62,604 nucleotides of DNA from a virus, in IMG/VR virus record IMGVR_UViG_3300003690_000007, positions 1 through 62,604 of that record. One strand, written 5' to 3'. Made by a program: the position numbers and the translations under genes. Below, piece after piece: positions 24,776 through 33,202 of this stretch. Each line of letters opens with the position of its first letter. The first letter of the stretch is position 1. The notes under the pieces were generated by a model. The model did not search any database and was not told where the DNA came from. It saw nothing but the letters and a program-made list of their open reading frames with translations.

Positions 24776-26793
24776 AGACCTCGCAACGTGGCGATGACAA
24801 AGCGGAAGTATTCCGGGTCGGACTTGGCGAATCCCGTCGGGTCTTCGAACAGGCGCTCGACACCCATCGAAATCACCTCGGTGGCGGTGATTCCGAATCC
24901 AAACGACCCCATCGTTGCCTTGGGGTCATCGCCGTAGGACGAAGTCTTGTAGAGCTTCCCGGCGTAGGCCGCACGTTGCTGCGAGTCGCCCCGCTGCTTG
25001 CCACCGAAGGCGTCTCGCATCCTGTCGGGGTTGCCGTACTCGTCGAGATCGTACCAGTCGCCGTATCTATACAGCGGCCCATCGTCGTCCTCGTTCATCC
25101 GCGACATGAGGAACCCGAGCGACTTGAGCGCGTAGGTCTTCGTGGCACCGTATTCGATGTGGTGCCCGAACTCATGGGCGACGGTGACGGCGGTGACACC
25201 CGGCGTCAGACGAAGTTCCTGATCGCTGTCCGAGTAGCTCGACCGGTACTTGTGTCTCCCGCTGCTCGGTCCGATGTTGACGTGCCTGACCTTGTACGCC
25301 AGTCTCCCCGAAGGAATCCACCCGGCCACCTTCTCGACGGCCTTGGTGATCATCTGTTTCTTGTCGTCAGAGAAGTGCCCCTTGGAGAACGTCAGTTCGA
25401 CCTGTTGGCTGGTCCCCTCGGGAAGCGTGAGCGCGTCGTGGACCGCGCCGTTACGCTTCTTGCGTAGGTCGTCCCGGTCATCCCTGACCTTCTCCATCAG
25501 ACGCTCCGAGTCGCCAAGCTCTTTCAAGTACCGCTTCCGCTCTTTCGAGAGGTCGTTGGCGGACAGTCCCTTGCGTCGCTTCTGGTGCTCGCTGATGATC
25601 TCCAAGGCGATGTCGTTTGCGTCATTGATCCCCTTGTCGAGCGCCTCGATCTGTTCGTCCCACACGTCGCTGGTGAGCACTTCCTGACGAATCGACTCGG
25701 ACGTTTCGTGGAATCGCTCCTTGGCGGTCTCGTAGTCATGCGAGATCGCCTTCTTGTTTTTGAACAGTTCAGACCGCCAGTTCCGCATCTCACGACCGCT
25801 GATGTGAGCGGCGAGCAGCCGCGACGCCCGGCCTTTGCGGCCCCACTGGAAACAGCGCGCGTGTGACTTGAGTATCTCGCTCGGGATGTCCTTGACCAGT
25901 TCAACGAACCGGCGCTTCTCGTCGGCGCTGCCCTTGTCGTGGGGTTTGAGCTTGCTGCCCAACCGCGCGTAGAACGACCTGACGCTGTTGATATAGACCT
26001 CGTCGGAGCGCGGGCGAAGTTCGCGATCCCAGAGGTCGCTGTGTTCGAGCGCCCTGAGCACCTTGGAGTCTTGTGACGTTTCGGACAGCATCGCCGCCCC
26101 GATCAGCTTTTGCCGACGCTCGACCATCTTCCCAAGTGCCCGCTCTGCACCTCCCGGCGAGTAGTACTTCTCTCCCCACGGAGTCGTGAACTCCACATCC
26201 GCAGCCGCGTGGTACGCGGCGTACGTATCCTTCCACGCTGCCCGGTCTTCTTCGCTCTGCGGGTGTTGGTTGACGTGAAGCTCCTCGTTCAGCCTGACGA
26301 CCTCGTCGGCCTTGGCCTTCGCCGCCTCGTAGGCTGGCTCGATCTGGTCCCAGACCCAGAGCTTCCACTCATCCCGGAAGTCCTCGATCGTTCCTTTGAA
26401 GACCGCGCGGGGTTTCTTCCTGTTCGCCTTGGACTTCTTCTTGGGCTTCTTCTTGGCAGGCTTCTTTGGTGCAGACTTCCTTTCGCTCTTGGGTCGGTGG
26501 TCGTCCCAATCCTCTGGTTGTCCTCCGCTGCCCGAGGTGGTGGAGAACTTGCCGCCCTCGTCACGCGGGCAGTCGTCCAGTGCCGCTTCGGGTCCGCATC
26601 GATGACGGCGATCGTAGAACCCCCTCTGCAACAGTTCGCGGAAGCTGCGGACCTTGCTCGCGCGCGAGAACCGCCGAGAGAACTGGGCCACGGTGTCCTC
26701 GGGTTCCGACGGGTCGAGCATATCGAGCACGTCGGGGTGGACGCCCGGCTGGTGCTCGGACATCTCCACGAACAGGGTCGGCTTGTCACTCAC
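24772..26793 (-). CDS. polyvalent effector protein with C-terminal HExxH zinc metallopeptidase (673 aa)
   Basis: AHEFGHH (nt ~25160-25180) plus a downstream Glu (ATEVISMGVE). Also has a Lys-rich stretch (KKPAKKKPKKKSK) and one linker motif (GFYDRRHRCGPEAALDDCPRDEGGKFSTTSGSGG). Confidence 0.7.
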   Translation of the reverse strand: MSDKPTLFVEMSEHQPGVHPDVLDMLDPSEPEDTVAQFSRRFSRASKVRSFRELLQRGFYDRRHRCGPEAALDDCPRDEGGKFSTTSGSGGQPEDWDDHRPKSERKSAPKKPAKKKPKKKSKANRKKPRAVFKGTIEDFRDEWKLWVWDQIEPAYEAAKAKADEVVRLNEELHVNQHPQSEEDRAAWKDTYAAYHAAADVEFTTPWGEKYYSPGGAERALGKMVERRQKLIGAAMLSETSQDSKVLRALEHSDLWDRELRPRSDEVYINSVRSFYARLGSKLKPHDKGSADEKRRFVELVKDIPSEILKSHARCFQWGRKGRASRLLAAHISGREMRNWRSELFKNKKAISHDYETAKERFHETSESIRQEVLTSDVWDEQIEALDKGINDANDIALEIISEHQKRRKGLSANDLSKERKRYLKELGDSERLMEKVRDDRDDLRKKRNGAVHDALTLPEGTSQQVELTFSKGHFSDDKKQMITKAVEKVAGWIPSGRLAYKVRHVNIGPSSGRHKYRSSYSDSDQELRLTPGVTAVTVAHEFGHHIEYGATKTYALKSLGFLMSRMNEDDDGPLYRYGDWYDLDEYGNPDRMRDAFGGKQRGDSQQRAAYAGKLYKTSSYGDDPKATMGSFGFGITATEVISMGVERLFEDPTGFAKSDPEYFRFVIATLRGL

Positions 26794-29700
26794 TCGTCAC
26801 GCCCTCGGTGTCTTCCCACGGCCCCCAATGCTCCGTCTGCGACATCCATCCCGCCATCTCCGCGTCGTCGTAGGTGTGCTCGACAGACACATCGCAGAAC
26901 TGGTAGTAGCTGGCCTTGTCGTAGAACTGCGTATGTGTTCCATCATAGACAACGTCGCCGATCTCGACCCACGCATGAGCGATTGGGATGTTACCCATCG
27001 TCACCGTACCGTGGACGAGACGCATCTCTCGGAAGTCGTCGTTGCCTGCCGAGAACATATTATCCAGCATCAGCCGCCCGGCTTCCGGGTAGCAGTCGCC
27101 GGGCATCGGGGTGCCCAACGGCCTGTCGATCAGGTTCTTCGCTCCTTCGGGTGCGTCCGCGATCGTGGGATGCGAGAACAGGTGCGGACTGTGCTTCTCG
27201 GCGTAGGCCGTCGCTTCGGCGTGGATCTTCTGACCCTCCTTGGCCGAGACGACTTTCCCGCCGCCCGAGGTCTTCCCCCCGCCAGCCTTGGTCGCGAAGC
27301 GCCCGCCCTTGTCCCGCTTGATCTTCGACTCGTCGAACTTCCTGCCGTAGAATCCTCGGCGGTAGAACTCCTTGTCGAGCTTCTCCGCGTCATCGTCGTC
27401 AAGTCCGAGCGCCTCGCTGCTGTCGTCGGTGCGCTTCGGCCAGTCGGCGTTGTGAACCAACTCGTCGAAGTCCAGTACGAGCACGTCCGGGTCGCGGTCC
27501 TTCGCGTACCACGCCGGGCTGTCGTATCCGGGAGTGCCAACCAACCGGCCACTGGTGAGCAGATCGTCACCCCGACCCTCGAACAGTGCGCCCGTCGGCC
27601 CCTTCCACTTGCTCTTGAGGTGCTCGCGGTACGCCAAGCCAGCAAACTGTTCGGGGTCCACAACGAGATGCTGCTCCTCTGGTCGCAACGCAGGGTCTTC
27701 GCCCACACGATCAATCCAGAAGTGCGTGTCTCCGTCGTGCGGCATCACGACGACTTCGGATTCAGTCAGGCAGCCCACCCCCGTGGTCGGCATACTGAGG
27801 ATCGCCTCGATGGGAACGTGCGACGCTGCCACGACAGAGGCGGTTCCCCGCGCGAAGCTGTTCGGCCCCCCGCTCGCGAAACTGGTGGCCGTCGAGAGGG
27901 TCATCGAGTACGAACTCATCGGCTGGAACAGCGCCTCGGCGTGAAGGTGCTTCGAAGGGACGAACTTGCGCAGGTCGTCTCTTGAAATATCGAAGATACC
28001 CTCCGGCGGCTTGCGGCCATCCTCTACCCAGTTCATCCCTCTGAACAGGGTGATCGTGTCGCCCGGCTTGAAGCCCATTTCCTTGAGTTTGTCCTGCGTG
28101 TTCTCGTACTGAGACCTCACGAAGTTGCGCATATCCTTGGCGATATGCCCTTGGTAGAACTCTCGCGCCTGAGTCCTCGGCTCGTTGCCGTCCTTGATGC
28201 GCTGCCACTCTTGGCTGGTCTTCTCCCATTCGAGATAGGGTTCGTGGTCGGTCGCAGACTTGTAGAGCGCGTCGTAGAAGTGCCGCACGTTCGTGTCGTA
28301 GTCCGCCTCGGGGTCGAAGCCGACGTGATCTCTCACGAAACCGGGGTCGCGATAGTTGCCGCCCGGCTTCTCGCCGCGTGCCTGAACATTGAGATACTCC
28401 ATCTGGCGCAAGTGGCCGGACCACAATTCCTCGGTGACGTTCACCGTCCGAGTTCCGGCGGTCAACTCTCCAGCCTCGTCGCGCCCGTACCACCCCTCTT
28501 GGGCAACCTTGAACGTCACCCCCTGATCATCGCGAGGGTCGTAGTCCGTCAGCGTGTCATCATCGACGGCCTTCCTCATGCGAAGATTGTCATCGACCAA
28601 CTTCGCAAACTCGTCGGCGTTCGCGATCGGTGGCCGTCCGCTCGGTGACCACGGGCCGGACGTGACTGCGCGTTGAACATTACGCGCCGCCATGACGTGC
28701 GTGGGAAAGCTGGTCGACGGCATCTTTCTGTCGTATGCCTGCGGAGACGTTTTCGACAGCACCCGATACAGGTCTTCGAGTTCAGGAATGTCCGGCAACG
28801 GTTCTGGTTCGAAACGAGGGTCCGGGTCCATGCCGAACTCCTCGGCAGCGGCCAACTGCATCGCGATCGCTTCGAGGTGTTCGTCGGCGGAAGTCGTCGC
28901 CCACAGATCCACCCACATCCTGACTGCGCGTTCGGCAGTATGCCGACCACGGGGGTGGGCTGCCTGTGACCGCCCGCCGAGGGATGGGTCACGCTTCACC
29001 ATCCGCTCGGTCAGGGACTTGTTGAGCGCAGCCTTCGATGCGTTTCGCGCCTCTTTGCTGAACAGTGACGGGTGAGGCACATCCCCCTCGTCGGGGCTGT
29101 GGGTGCTCCCATACCAGAACGCCGCCGCGCGCGCGTCGGCCTCGTCTCCTCCCTTTCCTAGCGAGTCCTTGAGTATCTCGATCACCGAGTTCGTGAGGCC
29201 GTCCTGAAACTTCTCAAGGTTTCGCATCGACCCGACGGTGTCGGTCTTCACCTTCCCGGTGCCCGCCTTGGTCGAGAACCGCCCGCCTTCGTCACGCTTG
29301 ATCTTCGATTCGTCGAAGGGCCGCTTGTAGAACCCTCTCCGGCAGAACTCCCTGTCGAGCGGACTACGGTCAGTGAAAACCTGCAACTGCTTGCGATAGA
29401 TGTCTACGATGTCAACAGCATCACCGGACCACGTTCTCCACTCGCCGAGCGCGGACATCTGATGACCCTGAGCACCGTCGACCGGGGACACCTCAACCGT
29501 CTTGATCTGAGACTCGTCGATGTTCGCCAACGCCTCGGGGTCGGACAGGAAGAAGCCGGGGTTCATCGGACCGCCCGCGTACTCGCGGAAGGTGAGGTAG
29601 TTCTTGTACATCTGGAAGCGGTCGTACAGTGCGTCCTCTGGAGGTTGGGCGCGTTCCCACGCAGCAAACTTTCCCGGTGCCGTCTCGTGTGCTCCCTCAA

Positions 29701-30625
29701 TCACACGCCACTCACCCGCACCATCCTTGGGTTTCTCGTCCTTCATCTCCTCGGCAGTCTTCGGCCACCCGTGACGGTACTCGGTGCCATCCATTGCGCG
29801 CTTCATGCCCGGAGGAAATTCGTCTCCCTCTTCCCAGTTCCGATCCCACATCGAGATCAGGTCTTTCAGGAACGGCTTACCGTTGGTGGATCCTCCAGTG
29901 CGAGCATCCTCGACCAGATCCTGTGGAGTGATCTCTCCCCTCGCGAACTTGCGACCCTCCTTGAGCAAGCTGACGATAGCGTCGGCCACCTCCTTGTCCT
30001 CAGTGAAGCTGACCGTGTCGTCGTCTCCTCCACCAAGCCCCAGCCCGGCCTCCTGACCCAACTCGACCCTGCTCTTGAGTCCGGTCTCCCTCACGGCATC
30101 GGAAGCGGTCGTCGCGTGGTACATCTTCTCGGGTAACTCGACCACCCCCTGAATCCCATCCGGAACACCGACGGCGAAGAATCCCATCTTGTCGGCTACC
30201 TTGGCATCAATCGCCCCGGTAGCGATTGCCAGACGTACCTGTTCCTTCCACTCACTCTCCCGGATTCTGTCGTGTCCGAACGCCCGGCGCACGACCTCCT
30301 TGCCGAACTTCTCATACAAGTCGTCGAGTCCGAGATCTGATTCAAACACCTCGGGGTGGGGATTGTCGAGTCGTGCGAACTCCTTCACCGGCATCCTCAG
30401 CGCGGGGAACTCGGACAGCTTGTGTCGCTTGGCCCGCCTCGACTTCTTCTGGTCGGCAGGCGACGACCCGCCCCCAGCAGACTCCGAGAACTTCCCATCG
30501 TCGGCGCGCGGGTGCTCGTCCTCCTTCCAGCGCGCATAAAACTCGCGAGCGAGCAAAGTTCGCACACTGCGAACCCTGCTCGCTCGCTGCACGGCGTGTC
30601 GGATGGTCTGGCTACTTCTTGCCAT
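26786..30625 (-). CDS. polyvalent effector protein: R-S-ExE ADP-ribosyltransferase + C-terminal transglutaminase/papain-like Cys-His-Asp domain (1279 aa)
   Basis: LFRG ... LSTATSF ... TESEVVV (nt ~27740-28060). GDCYPEAG ... IAHAWVEIGDVVYDG (nt ~26940-27100). Three linker motifs lie at nt ~30468-30545, 29255-29335 and 27275-27355. Confidence 0.75.
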   Translation of the reverse strand: MARSSQTIRHAVQRASRVRSVRTLLAREFYARWKEDEHPRADDGKFSESAGGGSSPADQKKSRRAKRHKLSEFPALRMPVKEFARLDNPHPEVFESDLGLDDLYEKFGKEVVRRAFGHDRIRESEWKEQVRLAIATGAIDAKVADKMGFFAVGVPDGIQGVVELPEKMYHATTASDAVRETGLKSRVELGQEAGLGLGGGDDDTVSFTEDKEVADAIVSLLKEGRKFARGEITPQDLVEDARTGGSTNGKPFLKDLISMWDRNWEEGDEFPPGMKRAMDGTEYRHGWPKTAEEMKDEKPKDGAGEWRVIEGAHETAPGKFAAWERAQPPEDALYDRFQMYKNYLTFREYAGGPMNPGFFLSDPEALANIDESQIKTVEVSPVDGAQGHQMSALGEWRTWSGDAVDIVDIYRKQLQVFTDRSPLDREFCRRGFYKRPFDESKIKRDEGGRFSTKAGTGKVKTDTVGSMRNLEKFQDGLTNSVIEILKDSLGKGGDEADARAAAFWYGSTHSPDEGDVPHPSLFSKEARNASKAALNKSLTERMVKRDPSLGGRSQAAHPRGRHTAERAVRMWVDLWATTSADEHLEAIAMQLAAAEEFGMDPDPRFEPEPLPDIPELEDLYRVLSKTSPQAYDRKMPSTSFPTHVMAARNVQRAVTSGPWSPSGRPPIANADEFAKLVDDNLRMRKAVDDDTLTDYDPRDDQGVTFKVAQEGWYGRDEAGELTAGTRTVNVTEELWSGHLRQMEYLNVQARGEKPGGNYRDPGFVRDHVGFDPEADYDTNVRHFYDALYKSATDHEPYLEWEKTSQEWQRIKDGNEPRTQAREFYQGHIAKDMRNFVRSQYENTQDKLKEMGFKPGDTITLFRGMNWVEDGRKPPEGIFDISRDDLRKFVPSKHLHAEALFQPMSSYSMTLSTATSFASGGPNSFARGTASVVAASHVPIEAILSMPTTGVGCLTESEVVVMPHDGDTHFWIDRVGEDPALRPEEQHLVVDPEQFAGLAYREHLKSKWKGPTGALFEGRGDDLLTSGRLVGTPGYDSPAWYAKDRDPDVLVLDFDELVHNADWPKRTDDSSEALGLDDDDAEKLDKEFYRRGFYGRKFDESKIKRDKGGRFATKAGGGKTSGGGKVVSAKEGQKIHAEATAYAEKHSPHLFSHPTIADAPEGAKNLIDRPLGTPMPGDCYPEAGRLMLDNMFSAGNDDFREMRLVHGTVTMGNIPIAHAWVEIGDVVYDGTHTQFYDKASYYQFCDVSVEHTYDDAEMAGWMSQTEHWGPWEDTEGVTSE

Positions 30626-31550
30626 CGTCCTTGAGTTGGATCAGGTACGGGAAGCGCTTGCCCTTGGGTACATCGTCCGACGGAAACTCGACACCGCTGT
30701 CGTCAATCGGCAACCGCCTCAGTTCCTCGTCGCTCGGCATCTTCACCTTGCGGTCCATCGCCCATTCGATCTTCGCCCGTTTGGCCCACGTTCTCATTCT
30801 GCGAACGGGTACGATCAGGTTGAAGCTCTCCCCGGCACCGCGCACGAGCATACCGATCAGACGCCCGTCTGTCTTGTAGACACCGCCGCCACTCGAACCG
30901 GGAAACGCCGGGCACGTCGTTTGATCGAAAACCGTCTTGCCGATCAGTCGACCATGTTGGGACATGATGCCGCTCGTCATCGAGTTCGACCCCAGACGAC
31001 CTCCGAGCAGGCTCCCGACGTGGTACAACCGGGTTCCCAACGGCGGGATCGGTTTGTCGAGGTAGAACTCCACGCTGCTCTTGATGAAGCCGCGCTTGCG
31101 CACGCGCAGGAGCGCGAGATCCTCTCCGTGGTCGGCGTCGGAATAGCGGATGACGGCCGCTGACATCTCAAGAACGCCGACGGTGCGTCCATCTTCGATG
31201 AGCGTCTTCACAACCTTCGCGTCCTTGAACTCGATCACCGTCCGCTTCGATCCAGTCTTCGCGTCAACCACCTGTCTTGTGCTGCGAAGGTCATCAATCA
31301 CATGGGCTGCCGTCCACACGAACGTCTGGTCTCCTCGGACGAACGCCACGCCGGAACCCTCCGACGAGGACGCGCGTATCGTCACCGAGATGTCTTGAAG
31401 GTGTTGGGGAACGCCAGCCTCCGGCGTGCAGTCCTTCTCGGCGTCTGCGGCGGCGATCATGGAGGTCGTCACCGGGTAGCCGCCGGGTGAAATCGGGATC
31501 AGGCCGAGCGTGGCAATCGACAGTGCTGCTAGAACGAGGAACGGTTTCAT
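30612..31550 (-). CDS. trypsin-fold (S1/DegP-like) serine protease with N-terminal signal-peptide-like helix (312 aa)
   Basis: MKPFLVLAALSIATLGL. Catalytic triad: His in WTAAHV, Asp in DLALLRV, Ser in PGSSGGGVY. Confidence 0.8.
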   Translation of the reverse strand: MKPFLVLAALSIATLGLIPISPGGYPVTTSMIAAADAEKDCTPEAGVPQHLQDISVTIRASSSEGSGVAFVRGDQTFVWTAAHVIDDLRSTRQVVDAKTGSKRTVIEFKDAKVVKTLIEDGRTVGVLEMSAAVIRYSDADHGEDLALLRVRKRGFIKSSVEFYLDKPIPPLGTRLYHVGSLLGGRLGSNSMTSGIMSQHGRLIGKTVFDQTTCPAFPGSSGGGVYKTDGRLIGMLVRGAGESFNLIVPVRRMRTWAKRAKIEWAMDRKVKMPSDEELRRLPIDDSGVEFPSDDVPKGKRFPYLIQLKDDGKK

Positions 31551-31576
31551 CGGTCACTCCTTTGACCAGAGGGTTG

Positions 31577-33202
31577 TCAGTCGTCTTGACTGTCTGTCGT
31601 GGTGTATTCGTCATTCTCCATTTCATCCCACATCGCGTCGAGGTCAGCCAGTTCCTCGGGCGACAGGTCCGGCTCCTCGACCAGAGCGGTGGCCTGTTGT
31701 GGGGGCGTGTCCTTGTCTTTCTGGTACTGGTCGGGGAGCTTCCGCGCTGCCACCTTGCGGCGGATGTACTTGTCGAGAATCTTGCTGCTCTGAGAGCCTT
31801 CGCTCGTGTCAAACACGAGATGGACGATTCTGCCGAACTTTGTCCACCACGCACGGCCCTCCTTATGCTTGAGCAGTTCGAGAATGTCGACGCTGCATTC
31901 ATCCTCGAGTCTGAATGCAGCGTCAGGACAGTCGCCTGACAGTCCCAACTTCTCCAGCAGGTCCGGGGAAACTTCGCTACCGTCGACTGTTTCGAGCAGG
32001 TCGAAGATGTCAACGCTGGCCCCGCCGTATCCCATCTTCGGCCAGACATCGTAACCGACCACTGGAGATAGTCCCTCCCCACCCTCCCCAAGTCCCGGTC
32101 CCTGCCCCGCCGCCGATACTTTGATTTCAGCAATTCCTTCTTCGCGACAGAACTGAACCTGCTTACTCAACATTCGCGACCCGATACCTTGTCCCTGATA
32201 TTCAGGTTTCACCCTAAGCGTCTGGTTTGTAACCGTTCGGGTTCCATCTCCCTGAAAGTAAAACATTCGATTCGCATGCACCTTTTCATGTTGGACCGTC
32301 ACATCGGCGACCCAAGTTCCCGTTCTGGTGTCACTGGACAGCAAGACCCACACCTTCGCGTCATCGGGGGCACCGACCAGACTCGCCATACGGGAAATGG
32401 GAATTCCCGTAGCCTTCGTGAACAGCTTCGAATTCACCCCCGGAGTGCGCGACCCCACGGGGATGGGGATCCGACCGAAGCTCCTGTGCCCGTAGCGCAC
32501 GCCTCCGCTGGCGACCTTGGCCTTGGATGGCTGGATGTTCGGGCTGGATACCGGATCCTTGTCCTTCACGCCCGCGTACTGGACTTCATCGAAATCGTGA
32601 GCCGCGTCGAGCAGATCGTGGATGTTGGCCTGAACTTGTAGCAACAGCATCTTCGAGTTCGGGTCGATAAGACGCTGTGCCGCCCACCTGTGGTGTCCGT
32701 CGAGGATGTGCCCGTCCGCGCTCGCGAGGACGCGGCTGTCGGACTTGGACGGATCGAACTTTCCATCGCGCATCGCCTGTGCCATCCCGTGAACCTTGTC
32801 CCAGTTCAGTTCCTCTTGAGTCCCCTTCAGATCTTGGACCGACACCGACGCTTCCTTGATCTCGATACCCTTTGCTTGTAGCTGTTCGACGAACGGCTCG
32901 ATGTTGTCGGCGGTGATCTGTGGCATATCGTGTCTCTTCAGGCCGATGTTATCCTCGAGGATCTGGGCCTCCCGTGACTCCTGATCAGAATCGGGTTCCG
33001 CTTGGCCGGGCGCGGTGGACGTGCCCCCGGCACTGGAGAAGCGACCGGGATGCTTGGCATCACCGCCACGGTTCACCGTGGACTCATCCCACGTCTTCTT
33101 GTATATCTCTCGTCCCTGCTCCTCGCTCGCGAGCGGAACCAACGGGAGATCGGCAATCACGCCGTCTATCTCGACACTCCCCCGGAAGATTTCAGGAATC
33201 AT
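31577..33202 (-). CDS. polyvalent effector protein: ParB/Srx-like nuclease domain + GNAT acetyltransferase (541 aa)
   Basis: LKGTQEEL...ILDGHHRWAAQRL (nt ~32678-32708). RVKPEYQGQGIGSRMLSKQ (nt ~32170-32196). One linker motif, YKKTWDESTVNRGGDAKHPGRFSSAGG. Acidic C-terminus. Confidence 0.75.
   Translation of the reverse strand: MIPEIFRGSVEIDGVIADLPLVPLASEEQGREIYKKTWDESTVNRGGDAKHPGRFSSAGGTSTAPGQAEPDSDQESREAQILEDNIGLKRHDMPQITADNIEPFVEQLQAKGIEIKEASVSVQDLKGTQEELNWDKVHGMAQAMRDGKFDPSKSDSRVLASADGHILDGHHRWAAQRLIDPNSKMLLLQVQANIHDLLDAAHDFDEVQYAGVKDKDPVSSPNIQPSKAKVASGGVRYGHRSFGRIPIPVGSRTPGVNSKLFTKATGIPISRMASLVGAPDDAKVWVLLSSDTRTGTWVADVTVQHEKVHANRMFYFQGDGTRTVTNQTLRVKPEYQGQGIGSRMLSKQVQFCREEGIAEIKVSAAGQGPGLGEGGEGLSPVVGYDVWPKMGYGGASVDIFDLLETVDGSEVSPDLLEKLGLSGDCPDAAFRLEDECSVDILELLKHKEGRAWWTKFGRIVHLVFDTSEGSQSSKILDKYIRRKVAARKLPDQYQKDKDTPPQQATALVEEPDLSPEELADLDAMWDEMENDEYTTTDSQDD

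Noticed and set aside
26110-27985. Two long plus-strand ORFs (403 and 443 aa) antisense to the effector genes
   Set aside because: They have Arg/Pro-rich low-complexity translations. The minus-strand frames carry clear catalytic motifs and operon-style overlaps.
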